A stretch of DNA of 64,000 bases, taken from contig NC_087260.1 in assembly GCF_037042905.1 (NCBI RefSeq), forward strand, positions 22,754,001 to 22,818,000, read 5' to 3'. Each line of letters begins with the position of its first letter. The first letter of the stretch is position 1. The position numbers and the translations under genes were made by a program. The notes under the pieces were generated by a model. That model saw nothing but the letters and a program-made list of their open reading frames with translations. It had not been told where the DNA came from and searched no databases. Below are positions 52,128-64,000 of this stretch, in pieces. The DNA comes from Lytechinus pictus (taxonomy: Eukaryota).

Positions 52128-55100
52128 GTAAGGAATTTAAACTTGTTCAATGTTTCACAAATACAATAATAATAATAATTCATAATCACATTTTAAATTT
52201 TAGTATTTGTTAAATAATAATTTTTATCTATAAATTGTTCTTCAAAATGGCATTTTGTAACATCGCTAATCGAAGGTACGTCATAACGAAGCGGTTCAAG
52301 GGTCAGGCCTATTGTATTTGCTTTGTTGACAAACGGATTGAGGGATCTACACGAGATCGGTCTGGTAAGAAACCTCTCATTTTTGCCATTCATAGTGGAA
52401 TAATTTTTATCCCTTCATACGCATTAGGCATTTGACGGTTCAAAGATCAGTAAAATTCACACTTATAAACCGATTTCACCCCGTAAATATGGATTTCCTA
52501 GGGAAATCCATCCGGGTGTGTAGGTCCCGCTTATGAATGTATGGAAAGAATTTCAAGGCTCCATGATGAAGAAATATTTGTCAAAATACTGAAAAATATT
52601 ATCATGGAGTCCTCAAGGCTAGATTATTCATTTGAATTGTGTTTTTCATTTCCATCCACACAAAAATGCGTCCACGAATGACTGGTATATTTCAAAGTTT
52701 GCCAAGTTCATTGTACAACATCCTCTAAATATGCCCCAAATATGCATTCAAAGTAGAAATGCAACAAATACCTTCATAGAGTGTTCGTTCATTGATGTGC
52801 TATTCTAGTCACCTGGTCTATTCAATTTCTTCATCCTGCTATGTAAGGCATGCATTTGTAATATCTTGCTTTGAAATCTGCCTATCATTATGAAAGAAAT
52901 GAATGGTCATTTGACCAAAATTGTCCATGAAGTAACTACGAACTGGTCTATTGGAGCAAATATCCCAAAAGAATTTGTGTGAAAAGTGGTGGCATATGGT
53001 ACCCTGTTTAGTACCCCCTTCTCTCTGCCTACATGTTGGCCTATATGCTGGCCTGTCATCATGGCCACGCCTGTATGGGATGATTCTCAAGATTTAACAT
53101 CATTTTGCAAACCTCACCAGATTCACTGAAAATGACATCAATTAGAAAGAAAAAAAAATCTCCCAAGCAGTAGGATTAGCCAGGAGCCTCGTAGAGACTA
53201 AAAATCATTTACTAACGTGTGCTTAAGTAACTCTCCAAGGAGCCAGGGATTGCGTCCCATTCATGTGCGTGTACCGCAAAAAAAAAATGAAATTTTTGCC
53301 CCCGACATTTCTTCTTTCCTTCTATCTAGCCCTAAATCATGAAAATGGGATAAAACTTCATTTCCGACATTTATATGACATTGATTTCATTTTCAAACAA
53401 GAATTCATTTAAAAACCGAGAAAAATATGAAAAGCCGGGGAAAACATGCCGCGATGTTTACGTCACCATCTTGTTTCTTTTTGTTCTTCGCCAAGATACA
53501 TGACGCATATCCTCCACCAGCAGGTCCAATAACAGATAATTATTCGCTTTTTGTTACAGATTTGATTATTGATGTTACAAGATTAAAACTACAAAATACT
53601 TTTATGTGCAGCAGGTCCAATTTGAGAAAAATATTTTTTTAATTCATATAGTTTACATTGATGTCTATGTAATAATTAACTATTAATGAGTCATTTAAAG
53701 AAAAAATAAAGGTATTTGAGACTCAAATATATATTTTTTTCATTATTTACAGAATGGTAATACCTATGACATATCAAAAATACTTTTTTGACCATTTTTA
53801 CCCTGTTCGCGAAATTGGACCACTTAATGAAATGCGACCATGTGTATTTGTGTGGTGGGGTAAGGCTGTAAGAGTAATATACTTTTTCAACACTTCAAAT
53901 TTCTCAAAGTTAAATATAAGAATGCTAAACATGTTTTAATTTTTTTAAAGAGTGTGGGAGACACACATGACACCGAGCACAAAAATTCCTGCGATTAGGA
54001 CTCTCTTTTTTTTTCATTTCCAAATGTTGGCAGGTCTTTTTATACAATGTTTCTAATCTACGAAGCGCTGGATACTAGATGTATTCCCCCTGTTTTGGCA
54101 TGGGGTGCTCGAGCTTTCACAGAATTTCTTCAATACTAGGTAACCACCTGGTTGGAGAGTTACAAACGTAGGCTTGAACCTTGTACCTTGTGGTACAAAG
54201 TCCAGAGCGTTTTCCGCTGAGCCACAAAACCTCTTATCTTTTTTTTGTTTGTCATCTGTTCTTCCTCTATGAAAGATACAAGGCCTTCCTTCACTCAACT
54301 CTGGTAGGAATCCCATCCAGTCATCTGAATTATAAAGGTCCTCTGGATTATACACAACACTCTGATCATATGGAGGTGATCAACAGAGTCATGAGAGTAA
54401 GTGGTACATTTCTTCTTAATTCTAAATCTTTGGCCCGTTTCTTTAGAAATCCTGTCTCTGCGGAAAGCCAAGTTGACAATAATCCTCTGTGAACAGATGT
54501 ATATCCTTTCCACATGCAAATTTCAATGTGTCTGCATTTTGTCTATTAAAGCAGTGTATTGTGTAGGTTGGCTTTCTATAGAGATTTTGTCGAGCTAGAG
54601 TTATGAAACAGACCCCTGTTAGTCCGACAGTCCACCTGGTTCCGGGGGAGGATGTTTCACAAAGATTTAATTATGACATAAGTCGCAGTTGCGTGCGGTA
54701 TAAATGTCATCTCCCCATTGGTCAACTCATACTAAGAGGACACACGTTACTCTGTATTAACTCTTAATGTGCCATTCGCTGTAATCAGCAAGGGCCATAT
54801 TTTTTTTCAAAGAGTCTATATTTAATTGTTTTATTTATAAAAAAAGGATCACTCCTAAGAAAATAATGTTAAACCTCTTGACCATAAGCTGAACTGAACA
54901 ATGGAATCACTCATGCATGCAATGTACTCCTCAAAATTCAATAGGCATAACAATAGCTGTATGACCATTGCACGAAAATGTGTTCGTCGCACTCCAGTGG
55001 ATGCACAGATATGTGATCATGGCACATTAAGGGTTAATAAGTTACGTGTTACATGTAATTTGCGCATCAGCATTTAAGCATTACTCTATTCACACTTCAC

Positions 55101-58100
55101 TTTGTTAAATACCCCCTGGAGGTATAAATGTTGATGGCCGTGTCACATCGTTCCGTGCAAGCCTTGCGCGTGACTCTTTTTGTTACCCGCATGTCGCCCA
55201 CATTGACAGTATCTCGCACGTATCAAGCACGCATCTGCCCTCGGGAGCGCATGCAAGTCTGATTTGCACACAAAAGTTTTGAAAATTTTATGCTCAAAGT
55301 TTGTTGCGGGTGATTGCCCGCAAATCACCCACAATAATTGCACAGAATGATGTGACAGGGCCTTTATACGGAAGGAATTATATTAGATAGGATGCCATTT
55401 TTTTTACTATGCCGTGCTATCAAGTTATTCCCAGACCTCTCTTCTGTAGTACATACCAATATTAATGGTGTTTTCTCCTGTTTGAATGTCAAACTTAGAC
55501 AATCAGAATTCTGTCATGTACTAGTTAGGACGATTTGGGGTCCTGATTCAGACCTGCCAACCAGTACGCGTTTGGCGTATTTAGTACGTTTATGCAACCA
55601 AAATACGGCAGTACGTTTTTTCTTTAAAAATATGTTTTTGTAAAAAAAAAATCGTAATTTATTGAGAAAAATCATCTCTTTATGTCTCTATTTCAGAAAA
55701 CTTGCACAAATATGGTTATTAGATCAATGTAATTTCAGGTAACTTTTTTTTTTCAATCATTTTGTTAAAACCAGGGTGAGATATACACATGTTTCAATGT
55801 TGTTGTTTTTTCATCTGCCAGAGCAGCTGGTTGTGCGCATTTTAGCTTGCAAGCAGCTTGAGCGCCACGATGAACAAGTGCGCCATGCATTTCATTATGA
55901 AATACACTTTTTGGGGGGAAAGTACATTTTTTTAAATCACAGAATACAATTTTTCATTCCCAGAGGTTGGCAGGTCTGCTGATTGGCCTCGCTTCGCAAG
56001 TTAACATGTTCGACCTACCTTGATTGATGTCTATGTGACTTCCTACAATTACATTGTACTCTGTCCAATTTTATTCATGGTATTAACAAATTGTTAGACA
56101 TGAGTTCATGTCTAACATGAGTCATGTTTATGTCTTACTGTAATAGGCAGAACAATTTATATTTGGTCAGTTTTATTCTAGTTTTCTATTATCGTACGTC
56201 CAAAACTGATATTGCTTGAATACAGTGGAAGTGTTGAGCTTAATGTATTTAAGAAAATTTCCAGGAATGGTGTTACCCAAATGATAGTGAGAATGAATTC
56301 TTTCACTACTACATAGAATGATTTCTTGAGTAATTGATTTTCTCTTTATATTTTTAATTTTGTAGAGACTCCAGCGCCAAGGACGATCTGGAAAGAATGT
56401 TATTCTCAACGGTTTTTCTTCTGTAAGTAAAATAGTTCTGTGGTTATTTGAGTAAGACATAGTGTTGAATTCAGTTACTAGAAAGAAATCAATTATGTAC
56501 TTGGTTAGAAGTGAATTTTAAATCAACAGTGTTGAAATAGTGCAGACATAATGAAATCATACCCCTTTTCTTTAATATCTTCTTCTAATAGAAAATTCAG
56601 TATTATGAACTTCTGGTGAAATTTATTTTATTTAAAGATAAATACCAGTTGTGTATGTATGTATAAATAGCTGTGGAAGAAAATGCGGAATTGCTGAGAA
56701 ATGAGCAAAATAAGCACAGATTTCCATCAAATGTCAAGGTATTTTTCAAAGCAATATTAATATGTCCCACATGTGCTTTTCTGTGTTAGTGATCATCAGA
56801 ATTATCGATTTTGAGCAAAGATTTCATGATTTTACAAAGAAAAGTTTACATTAACGTACCAGATCTAAATGTGTGGTTAATATTTTGAAAATTAACCTTG
56901 ATTTAAAAGACTTTCTCATGAAATAATTGTTTGCTGCAACTACATGTACTGTCTTTTACCTTCAATTCCTAGTGGAGATCAGAAGGTGAATGTGCAGGGA
57001 ACATAGATGTTCCAAACAACAATGTTGACCAACTCAAAATACCATTCTGGCGGAAGCTTTTAAGCAGGTGATTCCTTTTCCTCCTTCTCCTCCTCCTCCC
57101 CATCATTATCGTCATAACAATCCTCATTTTAATCATCATCATCATAGTAATCATCAGCATCATTATCGTCATTATCATCATCATCTTATTTTTCATTATT
57201 TGTACCATCCTCATTAAATGGTCATTATCATTATCAATATCATCATCATTATTATCAATATCATCATCACCACCACCATCATTATTATCAGTATCTTCAT
57301 CATCATCATTATTATCATCATCACCATCATTATCAGTATCATCATCACCACAATCATCTTCACCATTATTATTATTATTATTTATTCGGCAATTCACACA
57401 AAATATAACAATGTAAATGTGAGTACACAAACAATTATAAATGCAAAATCTTACTGGCGGTCCTCTGAATGCATCAGTTGGCTGCCAAGGAAGAGGAAAG
57501 CAAACTTAATCACTGTCACCGTAATGGTCCCTCTTCCCGACCAACTGGTGCACATAGAAGACCTGTAAGATATAGCATGAAGGTAAATAAAATGTAAAAT
57601 GTAAAACATTTCATAAACTAAACAACTAACAAAACAAAGTACAAGGAGAACATGAAACTAATATGTATGATGACACTAGGTCATGACACGATACTGAGCT
57701 TAAACATGAGGAATTAATTCTGGCTTAAAAACTATTGCATAAAAAGTAAAGTAAGCAAACTGAAACGATGAAGTATAAAACTGAGAAAAAAGAAGAAAAA
57801 AAAAAAAATATGAGAACATGTAGTAGCAAGCTGACAAGAATGTCTAAAATTATATATGTTGACCGGTATATAGAAGTTAAGAAAACATGGTAAAAGAAGT
57901 GAATAGGTACATAGGCTTAGTGGGCTTTAGGCGATTAAGGAAACTAGGAAAACACATTAAAGAACGAGTACTTCATATATTAAATTGTATACACAATTAT
58001 AATAAAGAAGCTGCGATGGAACTGTCCAGAAGATGTTTAAATAATGGCAGGAAAAAGAGGGGAAAAAAGCAAAAGAAAAAAGACTCCAGAGACATAAAAG

Positions 58101-61100
58101 CAGTATAATCAAAATTATAGTTTCGGCTCAAGAATGTCAAAAAAAAGTAGACGAATGAATGATTCCAAATCATACCGTAATTATTAAATTAACCGTAAAT
58201 TAAACAAAGACTTCAAAAGATAAAGTTAATTGAAGAAGATATGACTTTTCAGCCTGTATTGCCAGGTCTGAAATTTAGAGAGTACAAAGTCAATGCGCAA
58301 GTCCCGAGGTAGTTCGTCCCACAGTCTAGGAAAAATGTAAATGGCGGAATCACTTAAACGTTTCGTACGAGCCATCAGGTGATGGAACCTGATATCCTCT
58401 TGTCTCCTTTCTATAACTCTGATTTTCAAAGAAATATCACTGCTCTCAACAATGTTGTAGAGAGCTTTAGCCACGAAGTTAATGAGCAAATATTTCCTAC
58501 GGGATTCTAGCGAGACCCAATTAAGGAGTCTTAGACGCTCAGGATAGGGCATCTGCTGCCTGCGCTGTTTCAGGATGATACGAGTGGCTCTTCTTTGAAT
58601 ACTCTCAAGCCTGTCACCGAGATTCCTATTGGTGGGGTTCCACGCAGGTAAGCCGTACTCTAGTATCGGTAGTACTAGAGATTTGTAAAGTGCCAGGAGA
58701 GCTGAAGTTGCTAAACCCGATGACATGGAGGTGATCAATCCCAGCAATCTATTGGCTTTGCGGGTAATGTAATCAACGTGATCATCCCAAGACAGCTTGG
58801 TATTGATTATCACCTCTAGATATTTTGCTTGTAAGACTGGCTCAATGAGAGCTCCATTCAAATGATATACTGGTTCGGCGACGTTTTTCCTTAAACATGA
58901 AATTCGCATCACTTTCGTTTTGCTCACATTTAGCTTCATTCCATTGGAAACACACCACTGCGAAACCCTGTCAAGATCACGTTGTAATATTGCAGAGTCC
59001 GTGATATCACGTACAGGTCGGTAGATGATTGTGTCGTCCGCAAACAATGCACAAGGTGATTCCAAGCTATTAGGTACATCGTTGATGAACAAATTGAACA
59101 ACAGCGGACCTAAGACACTCCCTTGAGGAACCCCAGACAGGACAGGAGCCCACTCCGAGAAGGAACCTTTGTATAGGACACGGTGGCGTCGTCCGCATAG
59201 AAAGGATTTCATCCATGCCCAGAGGTTACCGCCAATATTGAACATTTCTGAAAGCTTACAAAGCAGGACGTCGTGGGGCATCTTGTCAAATGCACGAGAA
59301 AAGTCTAAGTAGACTACATCGACAGGACATGAACGCCGACCCTCCAGGCAGGTAAGCCACTCATTCGTAAGATGTAATAATTGGGTTACACAGGATTTAC
59401 GCTTTCTAAATCCATGCTGAACGCTGGTGATTGGGCAGTTAGTACTGAGATGGTTTTCAATTGCGCTCACTACAATAGATTCCATCATCTTACTGGCAAC
59501 TGAGGTAAGCGCAACAGGCCGATAATTAGAGGGATCTGACCTGTCACCAGATTTAAAAACTGGACAGACATTCGCTACCTTCCATGATCCCGGAACTTTG
59601 CCTGCCGACAGTGACAATGAGAGAATACGCTGAAATATATGTGAAGACACCGCGGCGGTTCGCTTTAACAGGACAGGGGACAAACCATCCACGCCAGGGG
59701 CCTTATTCTCTTGAAGTGAGTCCATGAGTCGAAAGATATCACTGGTCGAAATGTCAAATGACTGCAAGCATTCGATCGGAAATTCACATGACGGTGGAAT
59801 AGCTGGCACACATCTTTCCTCTGAAAAGGATGATTGAAAACAGCTGAGGAACTTACTTGCGATGTCGTGGGGTCTACTGAAGACTTCATCATTAACAACA
59901 AGAACTGGCGGAGGAGCGTTCCTTTTATGCTCTCGGATGAACGCGAAAAACCGCTTCTTATTATCGGGAAGAGAGAAAAGGTCATTGACATAGAGACTGT
60001 ATGAGGATCTGATGGCATATTTTGTCTTGTTCCGAATATTCTTGAAGGACAGCCAATCCTCTGCTATCTTTGACCTTGTAGCTTTCCTGAAGAGTTTGCC
60101 CTTCAATGAAATCATGGCTGTGATTTCCCTGGAAATCCAGGGCTTCCATCTCCTGGATCTCTTGGTTACTCGGGGGATGGCATCCTTAGCTGCAGCCTCG
60201 AAGATGTCTAAGAATCCTTCCCAAGATGCATCAACATCATTGGTATCAATAAAGAGTGACCAAGGAACCAACTGAAGCAAGCGGTTTAGATGATCGAAGT
60301 CACCTCGTTGATAAAGCATAAAGTTACGAAGAACATCTCTGGTTGTGAACGACTTATTATTCACGATCCGAAAATGAACGGCGAAATGGTCACTAGGTGT
60401 TGGATTAGGACACACACGTGTCTCAGCGAACAGATCATGACGATTGGTGAACAAGTGATCAATCAACGTTCCTCTGGTCGCATCATCATCATTATTACCA
60501 GTATCATCATCATCACCATCATCATTATTATTATTATTATCAGTATCATCATCTACATCATTATCATTTATGCTATCATCCTTATCATTGTACCATCAAC
60601 ATAATTGCCAATATCATAATCATTATTAATAGTATCATTATCATCATCACCATCATATTGATTCTCATCACATTGATTATCACCACTATTGTCATTTTCA
60701 TTTTTATCATCACCAACATCATTGTCTGTATGATAGCTGACAGCATGGTTTGTTTTATATTCATTTTATCATCATCACTGTCATTATTTTATTCAATCTG
60801 TTTTAACATTTGACCCATTGTATCACATTTGAATTCTCATAATCCTGTTTGTCAGTTTTCAAATGCAAACAAGAATTATAAATTAATTTCTAAATGTATG
60901 TTTTTATGAATTCTGAGATTGTTAAAGTCAGCTTTCTATTTCTGTCAATGTTTAGAATTGGAGATGAGTTGATGATGCATATCCTGGAGAACCTGTCTAT
61001 ATTTGCAGCAGCACCGCCATCTTGCTACATTCAACTCACAGGTGAGAAAGTTTTCCCAATAATTCAAATTTGCGTTTTTTTTATTTATAATAATAATAAT

Positions 61101-63286
61101 ATTACATAAAATTTATAAGGAACTTACTACTGGTGTTTCTAAGCGCACTGTGTTCTGTTTATGGTTTATACTTGGGATTAAAAGAAAGGAAAGAAAAAAT
61201 GTGGCAGGGGAAAATGACACAGCTAATGCAACTATACTTATAATAAAAAATCAAAACTGGTGTGCATCTCCAATTGACCGACCCACAACTGTGAATCATC
61301 TATTAAACGGGGTTTTTTTTAGTAGGGTTTTGAACTGATTCACAGACTTGGCATTATTAATGCAAGATGGTAGCTTATCCAAAGGGAAGGGGAAATTGAA
61401 GAAAAAGCGCAGTCACCATACTTTGCAGAGGTTCGAAGTCCAGGAATTAACTGCATTGTAGTTCAAGCTAGACAACTAGAATCAGAAAACTTTTCAGCAT
61501 TCAGTGCAACCAGCCATGTATCCAAGGTACCTTGTCAGAATTCAGAGCTCTGCATCATTTCCACAAGATTCCCGCAAGCAGCTTTTCATTACCAATCCTC
61601 ACATACTATCATTGAAAAATCAGGCAAAATCCGCTATGAGTAAACCCTATTAACCCTTTCCACGCGCACTTCGCACCAATGCACACTCGGTGCCGTGCAA
61701 ACTTCGCATTTCACACTCAACAAACAATGCATTGTTTCCCTCCCTGAAAATAATTCAGTACAGATGGGTTCATGGTCCAGCGCACAAAGAGTTAACTAAG
61801 TGCCTTTGGAAAATTCAATCATTTCTATTAACTCTTTGCATGCTGAATTAATTTTGGGGGGATAATAATGATAATTGTTTCCATGTTTTCTTTCATTCAA
61901 GATTTCCATATTGCACCATTGATACATATTATTATAATATAGATGTTATCCAAGAACTATTGCCTTTTATTAGCTTATCTAATTTGAAAGTAGGGAGGAA
62001 AACTAATTATTACGATTGTTGAATTTAATCTTACAAATATGCAAGATTGCAAAATCAGTGCGCAAAGGGTTACAGTTAACCTCTTATCTCCCAAATTATC
62101 TTAGATTAGGGAAATACACACTATACCCATATTACATTAAAACAGATAGATTGGGGTATTTTACTTAGCACACGAAAAGGTCACAAGTTTTATGTAAAAT
62201 ATTGCATAAAGGCAGGTTTAGCCTACAAACTACTTAATGAAACAATTCCATGGGGAACATTTTATGAGGATTTTGTTTTTCAGTGATTTTCACCCACTAA
62301 TCTGCTCTTAGCCAATCAGAGGCAAGTATTTCCAGTAGCTTATAATGTGAGTCAGGGAAAATCACTTACTTTTTGCTTCTTGAAACAGCCCCCTGGGTTC
62401 CGTCTTACAAAGAGTTGCGATTGATTTGATCAATTTCAACTATAATTATGGAAATCCATCGTCATAATTTTACTACCAAAGTTTTGCACAAAGTTCTTTT
62501 GTAACAAAGAGGAGCACATCAAATTGTCAAGACAACAATGAATGTACAAGTGTACATCCTATCTGGAGTCTGTTGCAGAAAGAGTTGTTTAAACGCAAGT
62601 CAAAAAATCAATCGCAAGTCCCAAATGCGTGTTGTTGTTTGGTTGAAAATCAAGGTGTTAATGATTTTTAGAGTTGCGATCGATTGCAACTCTTTCTGCA
62701 ATGGGCCCCTGGAAAACATTTTGGACAAACATGCATTTTAGATGTTGGGGTAGCTGACTTTCCATATTTGTGGTTGATCGGATCAATCGCAACTCTTTGT
62801 AAGATGGGGCCTAATTGATCCAATCAATCGTAACTCTATGGAAATTTAACAGTGTCTTAAAATTTTTCCACAAGAAATTTGCACAATGTCCTTTGTAAAC
62901 AAAGAGAAGCACAGTGAATTTTTTAAAGAAAACAATGCATGAATATACATCATAGCTAGAAAATATTTTCAACAAACATGCATAATACATGTTGATATTG
63001 CTGGCCATTCATAGTGGCGATTGATCGGATCAATCGCAACTCTTTGTAAGATGAGGTCCTGGTCTATGATTAGATGCCAATTTAAGTTTGTTGATCCACG
63101 TTCATCTTGCAGGATTCCCGGTCAGTCTGCTCATCTCATCAACACCATCCAACACAAGTCCAACGAAATCATCCATGAAAGAAGGAAAAAGTTGTCAATT
63201 TGAGGATGAAAAGAATGTGCGATGCAAGAGAAAGAGGGGAGAAAGAGAAGGGCACGATGAGGGAAATGCAAAATTCTTAAAAACTG
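52024..63286 (+). CDS. TERT: Telomerase reverse transcriptase, 5' partial (TEN domain and start of linker); coding exons 52024-52127, 54276-54396, 56366-56422, 56973-57067, 60956-61041, 63113-63286; continues beyond the window
   Basis: All introns are GT-AG with compatible phases (2,0,0,2,1,1). Spliced peptide: MDILERIYPKVSRLEDFL...KDKAGYKAFLHSTLV...EVINRVMRRLQRQGRSGKNVILNGF...PNNNVDQLKIPFWRKLLSRIGDELMMHILENLSIFAAAPPSCYIQLTGFP. This is colinear with the human TEN/GQ motifs (KNVLAFGF; WGLLLRRVGDDVLVHLL; APSCAYQVCGPP). Kozak ACCATGG with an in-frame stop upstream. Confidence 0.92.
52150..52621. mobile_element. Second, inverted and truncated copy of the Academ-like MITE, in the TERT intron after coding exon 1
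   Basis: Diverged reverse complement of 49690-50310 without the nested MITE; ends GGAGTCCTCAAGGCTA. Confidence 0.75.
54276..54396 (+). CDS. TERT: TERT coding exon 2
   Basis: YKAFLHSTLVGIPSSHLNYKGPLDYTQHSDHMEVINRVMR; AAG acceptor after a long pyrimidine tract; GTAAGT donor. Confidence 0.85.
56366..56422 (+). CDS. TERT: TERT coding exon 3 (57 nt)
   Basis: RLQRQGRSGKNVILNGFSS; TGTAG acceptor; GTAAGT donor. Confidence 0.85.
56973..57067 (+). CDS. TERT: TERT coding exon 4
   Basis: WRSEGECAGNIDVPNNNVDQLKIPFWRKLLS(R); CCTAG acceptor; GTGATT donor. Confidence 0.85.
57100..57385. repeat. Degenerate (ATC/ATT)n microsatellite; resumes at 60481-60720 on the far side of the LINE
   Basis: Direct inspection. 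Confidence 0.85.
57366..60480 (-). mobile_element. 5'-truncated CR1/L2-group LINE, antisense in TERT intron 4
   Basis: Long ORF2, about 850-bp 3' UTR, (TAA)n tail; truncated within the endonuclease domain at about 60480. Confidence 0.92.
58226..60466 (-). CDS. LINE ORF2 (APE C-terminus plus reverse transcriptase), 746 aa open frame, no native start
   Basis: SDH (APE), KAPGVDG, NYRPVALTS, QHGFR, YLDFSRAFD, GVPQGSVLGPLLF, FADD, LESIQRRATR. Confidence 0.9.
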   Translation of the reverse strand: MIDHLFTNRHDLFAETRVCPNPTPSDHFAVHFRIVNNKSFTTRDVLRNFMLYQRGDFDHLNRLLQLVPWSLFIDTNDVDASWEGFLDIFEAAAKDAIPRVTKRSRRWKPWISREITAMISLKGKLFRKATRSKIAEDWLSFKNIRNKTKYAIRSSYSLYVNDLFSLPDNKKRFFAFIREHKRNAPPPVLVVNDEVFSRPHDIASKFLSCFQSSFSEERCVPAIPPSCEFPIECLQSFDISTSDIFRLMDSLQENKAPGVDGLSPVLLKRTAAVSSHIFQRILSLSLSAGKVPGSWKVANVCPVFKSGDRSDPSNYRPVALTSVASKMMESIVVSAIENHLSTNCPITSVQHGFRKRKSCVTQLLHLTNEWLTCLEGRRSCPVDVVYLDFSRAFDKMPHDVLLCKLSEMFNIGGNLWAWMKSFLCGRRHRVLYKGSFSEWAPVLSGVPQGSVLGPLLFNLFINDVPNSLESPCALFADDTIIYRPVRDITDSAILQRDLDRVSQWCVSNGMKLNVSKTKVMRISCLRKNVAEPVYHLNGALIEPVLQAKYLEVIINTKLSWDDHVDYITRKANRLLGLITSMSSGLATSALLALYKSLVLPILEYGLPAWNPTNRNLGDRLESIQRRATRIILKQRRQQMPYPERLRLLNWVSLESRRKYLLINFVAKALYNIVESSDISLKIRVIERRQEDIRFHHLMARTKRLSDSAIYIFPRLWDELPRDLRIDFVLSKFQTWQYRLKSHIFFN
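60956..61041 (+). CDS. TERT: TERT coding exon 5 (GQ motif)
   Basis: (R)IGDELMMHILENLSIFAAAPPSCYIQLT(G); TTTAG acceptor; GTGAGA donor. Confidence 0.92.
61650..62072. mobile_element. Two adjacent small piggyBac-like MITEs (about 61650-61796 and 61827-62072); a similar one lies at 54757-55038
   Basis: TTAAC(C/T)CTT...AAG(A/G)GTTA(A) termini. Confidence 0.5.
62390..63060. mobile_element. Cluster of related Harbinger-like MITE copies
   Basis: Repeated terminus CCGTCTTACAAAGAGTTGCGATTGAT and its complement ATCAATCGCAACTCTTTGTAAGATG at about 62400, 62690, 62790 and 63035. Confidence 0.6.
63113..63286 (+). CDS. TERT: TERT coding exon 6 (start of the linker; basic cluster RCKRKR)
   Basis: TGCAG acceptor completes QLTG-FP, cf. 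human QVCG-PP; GTTAGT donor. Confidence 0.75.
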
Positions 63287-63637
63287 GTTAGTTTGTGTTT
63301 TATCATTCTCATAGAAGAATCTGGAAAGATATATGTGCTGCAACATCTCAAAATGAAAAATGAATTGCCACATAGTATTATGTTATTGATAATAGGTATG
63401 TATTTAAAGTGCTTGATATTATTTCTAAGCACTATTTGTATACATGTATAACTAAATTACCTAGATCCTGATTTGGATTCAATTGCTGTGCATCTTGCCA
63501 AAAAAAAAATATATATGGTTGCGCTTGTTATCATGATCCGTTTTTCACCAATCCGATATCATTCTATTGGAATATATTTCATGATATCACAATATCTGTA
63601 ATTATGACTGTATTGGCCATTTAATTGGCAAGTTCTT

Positions 63638-63935
63638 GGCCCGAATTCACAAAGGTGGTTTTTAAAACCATCGGTCAAACCCAAGGGTTATGCAGATTTT
63701 CTTTATAAATTTTCTGTGAGTCCACTCTTCAAACAGTGGACTCATGAATAAAATAGCGTATCTAACCATGGTAACAGGCGTAAATTCGGCACACTGTGAC
63801 AAAAGCGCGCATCAGCATTGGACATTTTTTATACACGCGCCCGATATGTGGTAAATTACGCATAATTTATACAGGAAATCTGCATAAACCATGGATTCAA
63901 CCGTGGGTTTTCAAAACCACCTTTGTGTTATGCCC
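63638..63935. mobile_element. Harbinger-like MITE
   Basis: TIR GGCCCGAATTCACAAAGGTGGTTTT / AAAACCACCTTTGTGTTATGCCC. Confidence 0.6.
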
Positions 63936-64000
63936 ATCGTTGCCTATGCCATAATTGCAATACAGTCAGCACCAATGCCTTGATGGACCAAACGTTGCAT

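Noticed and set aside
49690-52621. One large 2.9-kb transposon that captured TERT exon 1
   Set aside because: The left copy has its own right terminus and 9-bp TSD at 50342, and no TSD flanks the outer pair; these are two independent copies.
54053-54355. 100-aa minus-strand ORF that looks protein-like
   Set aside because: Antisense shadow of TERT coding exon 2; in-frame stops immediately upstream and no recognisable motif.
56969-57568. Asp/Asn-rich and poly-Ile ORFs (also 60290-60604, 30544-30828)
   Set aside because: Translations of ATC/ATT microsatellites.

Overview
Eukaryotic, AT-rich, repeat-dense genomic DNA. The repeat types and gene structure suggest an echinoderm, probably a sea urchin (inference). 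Left two-thirds: a minus-strand tandem array of five intact two-exon genes (302-308 aa, shared phase-2 intron) plus one pseudogene. They encode cytosolic sulfotransferase-fold (P-loop-like) proteins and show nested tandem duplications and patchwork exchange between paralogs. Right third: the 5' part of a plus-strand telomerase reverse transcriptase (TERT) gene. I assembled six short coding exons by hand (TEN/GQ domain and start of the linker); a 5'-truncated CR1/L2-like LINE with a 746-aa open RT frame lies antisense in intron 4. Other elements: a young non-autonomous Gypsy-type LTR element carrying a 50-bp minisatellite, a TU/foldback-like element, a 2-kb palindromic TTAA element with two ~34-bp P-element-like footprints at its centre, nested hAT-like MITEs, SINEs and a Helentron-like repeat. 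All coordinates and comparisons were made by eye; family names come from recalled motifs, not database searches.
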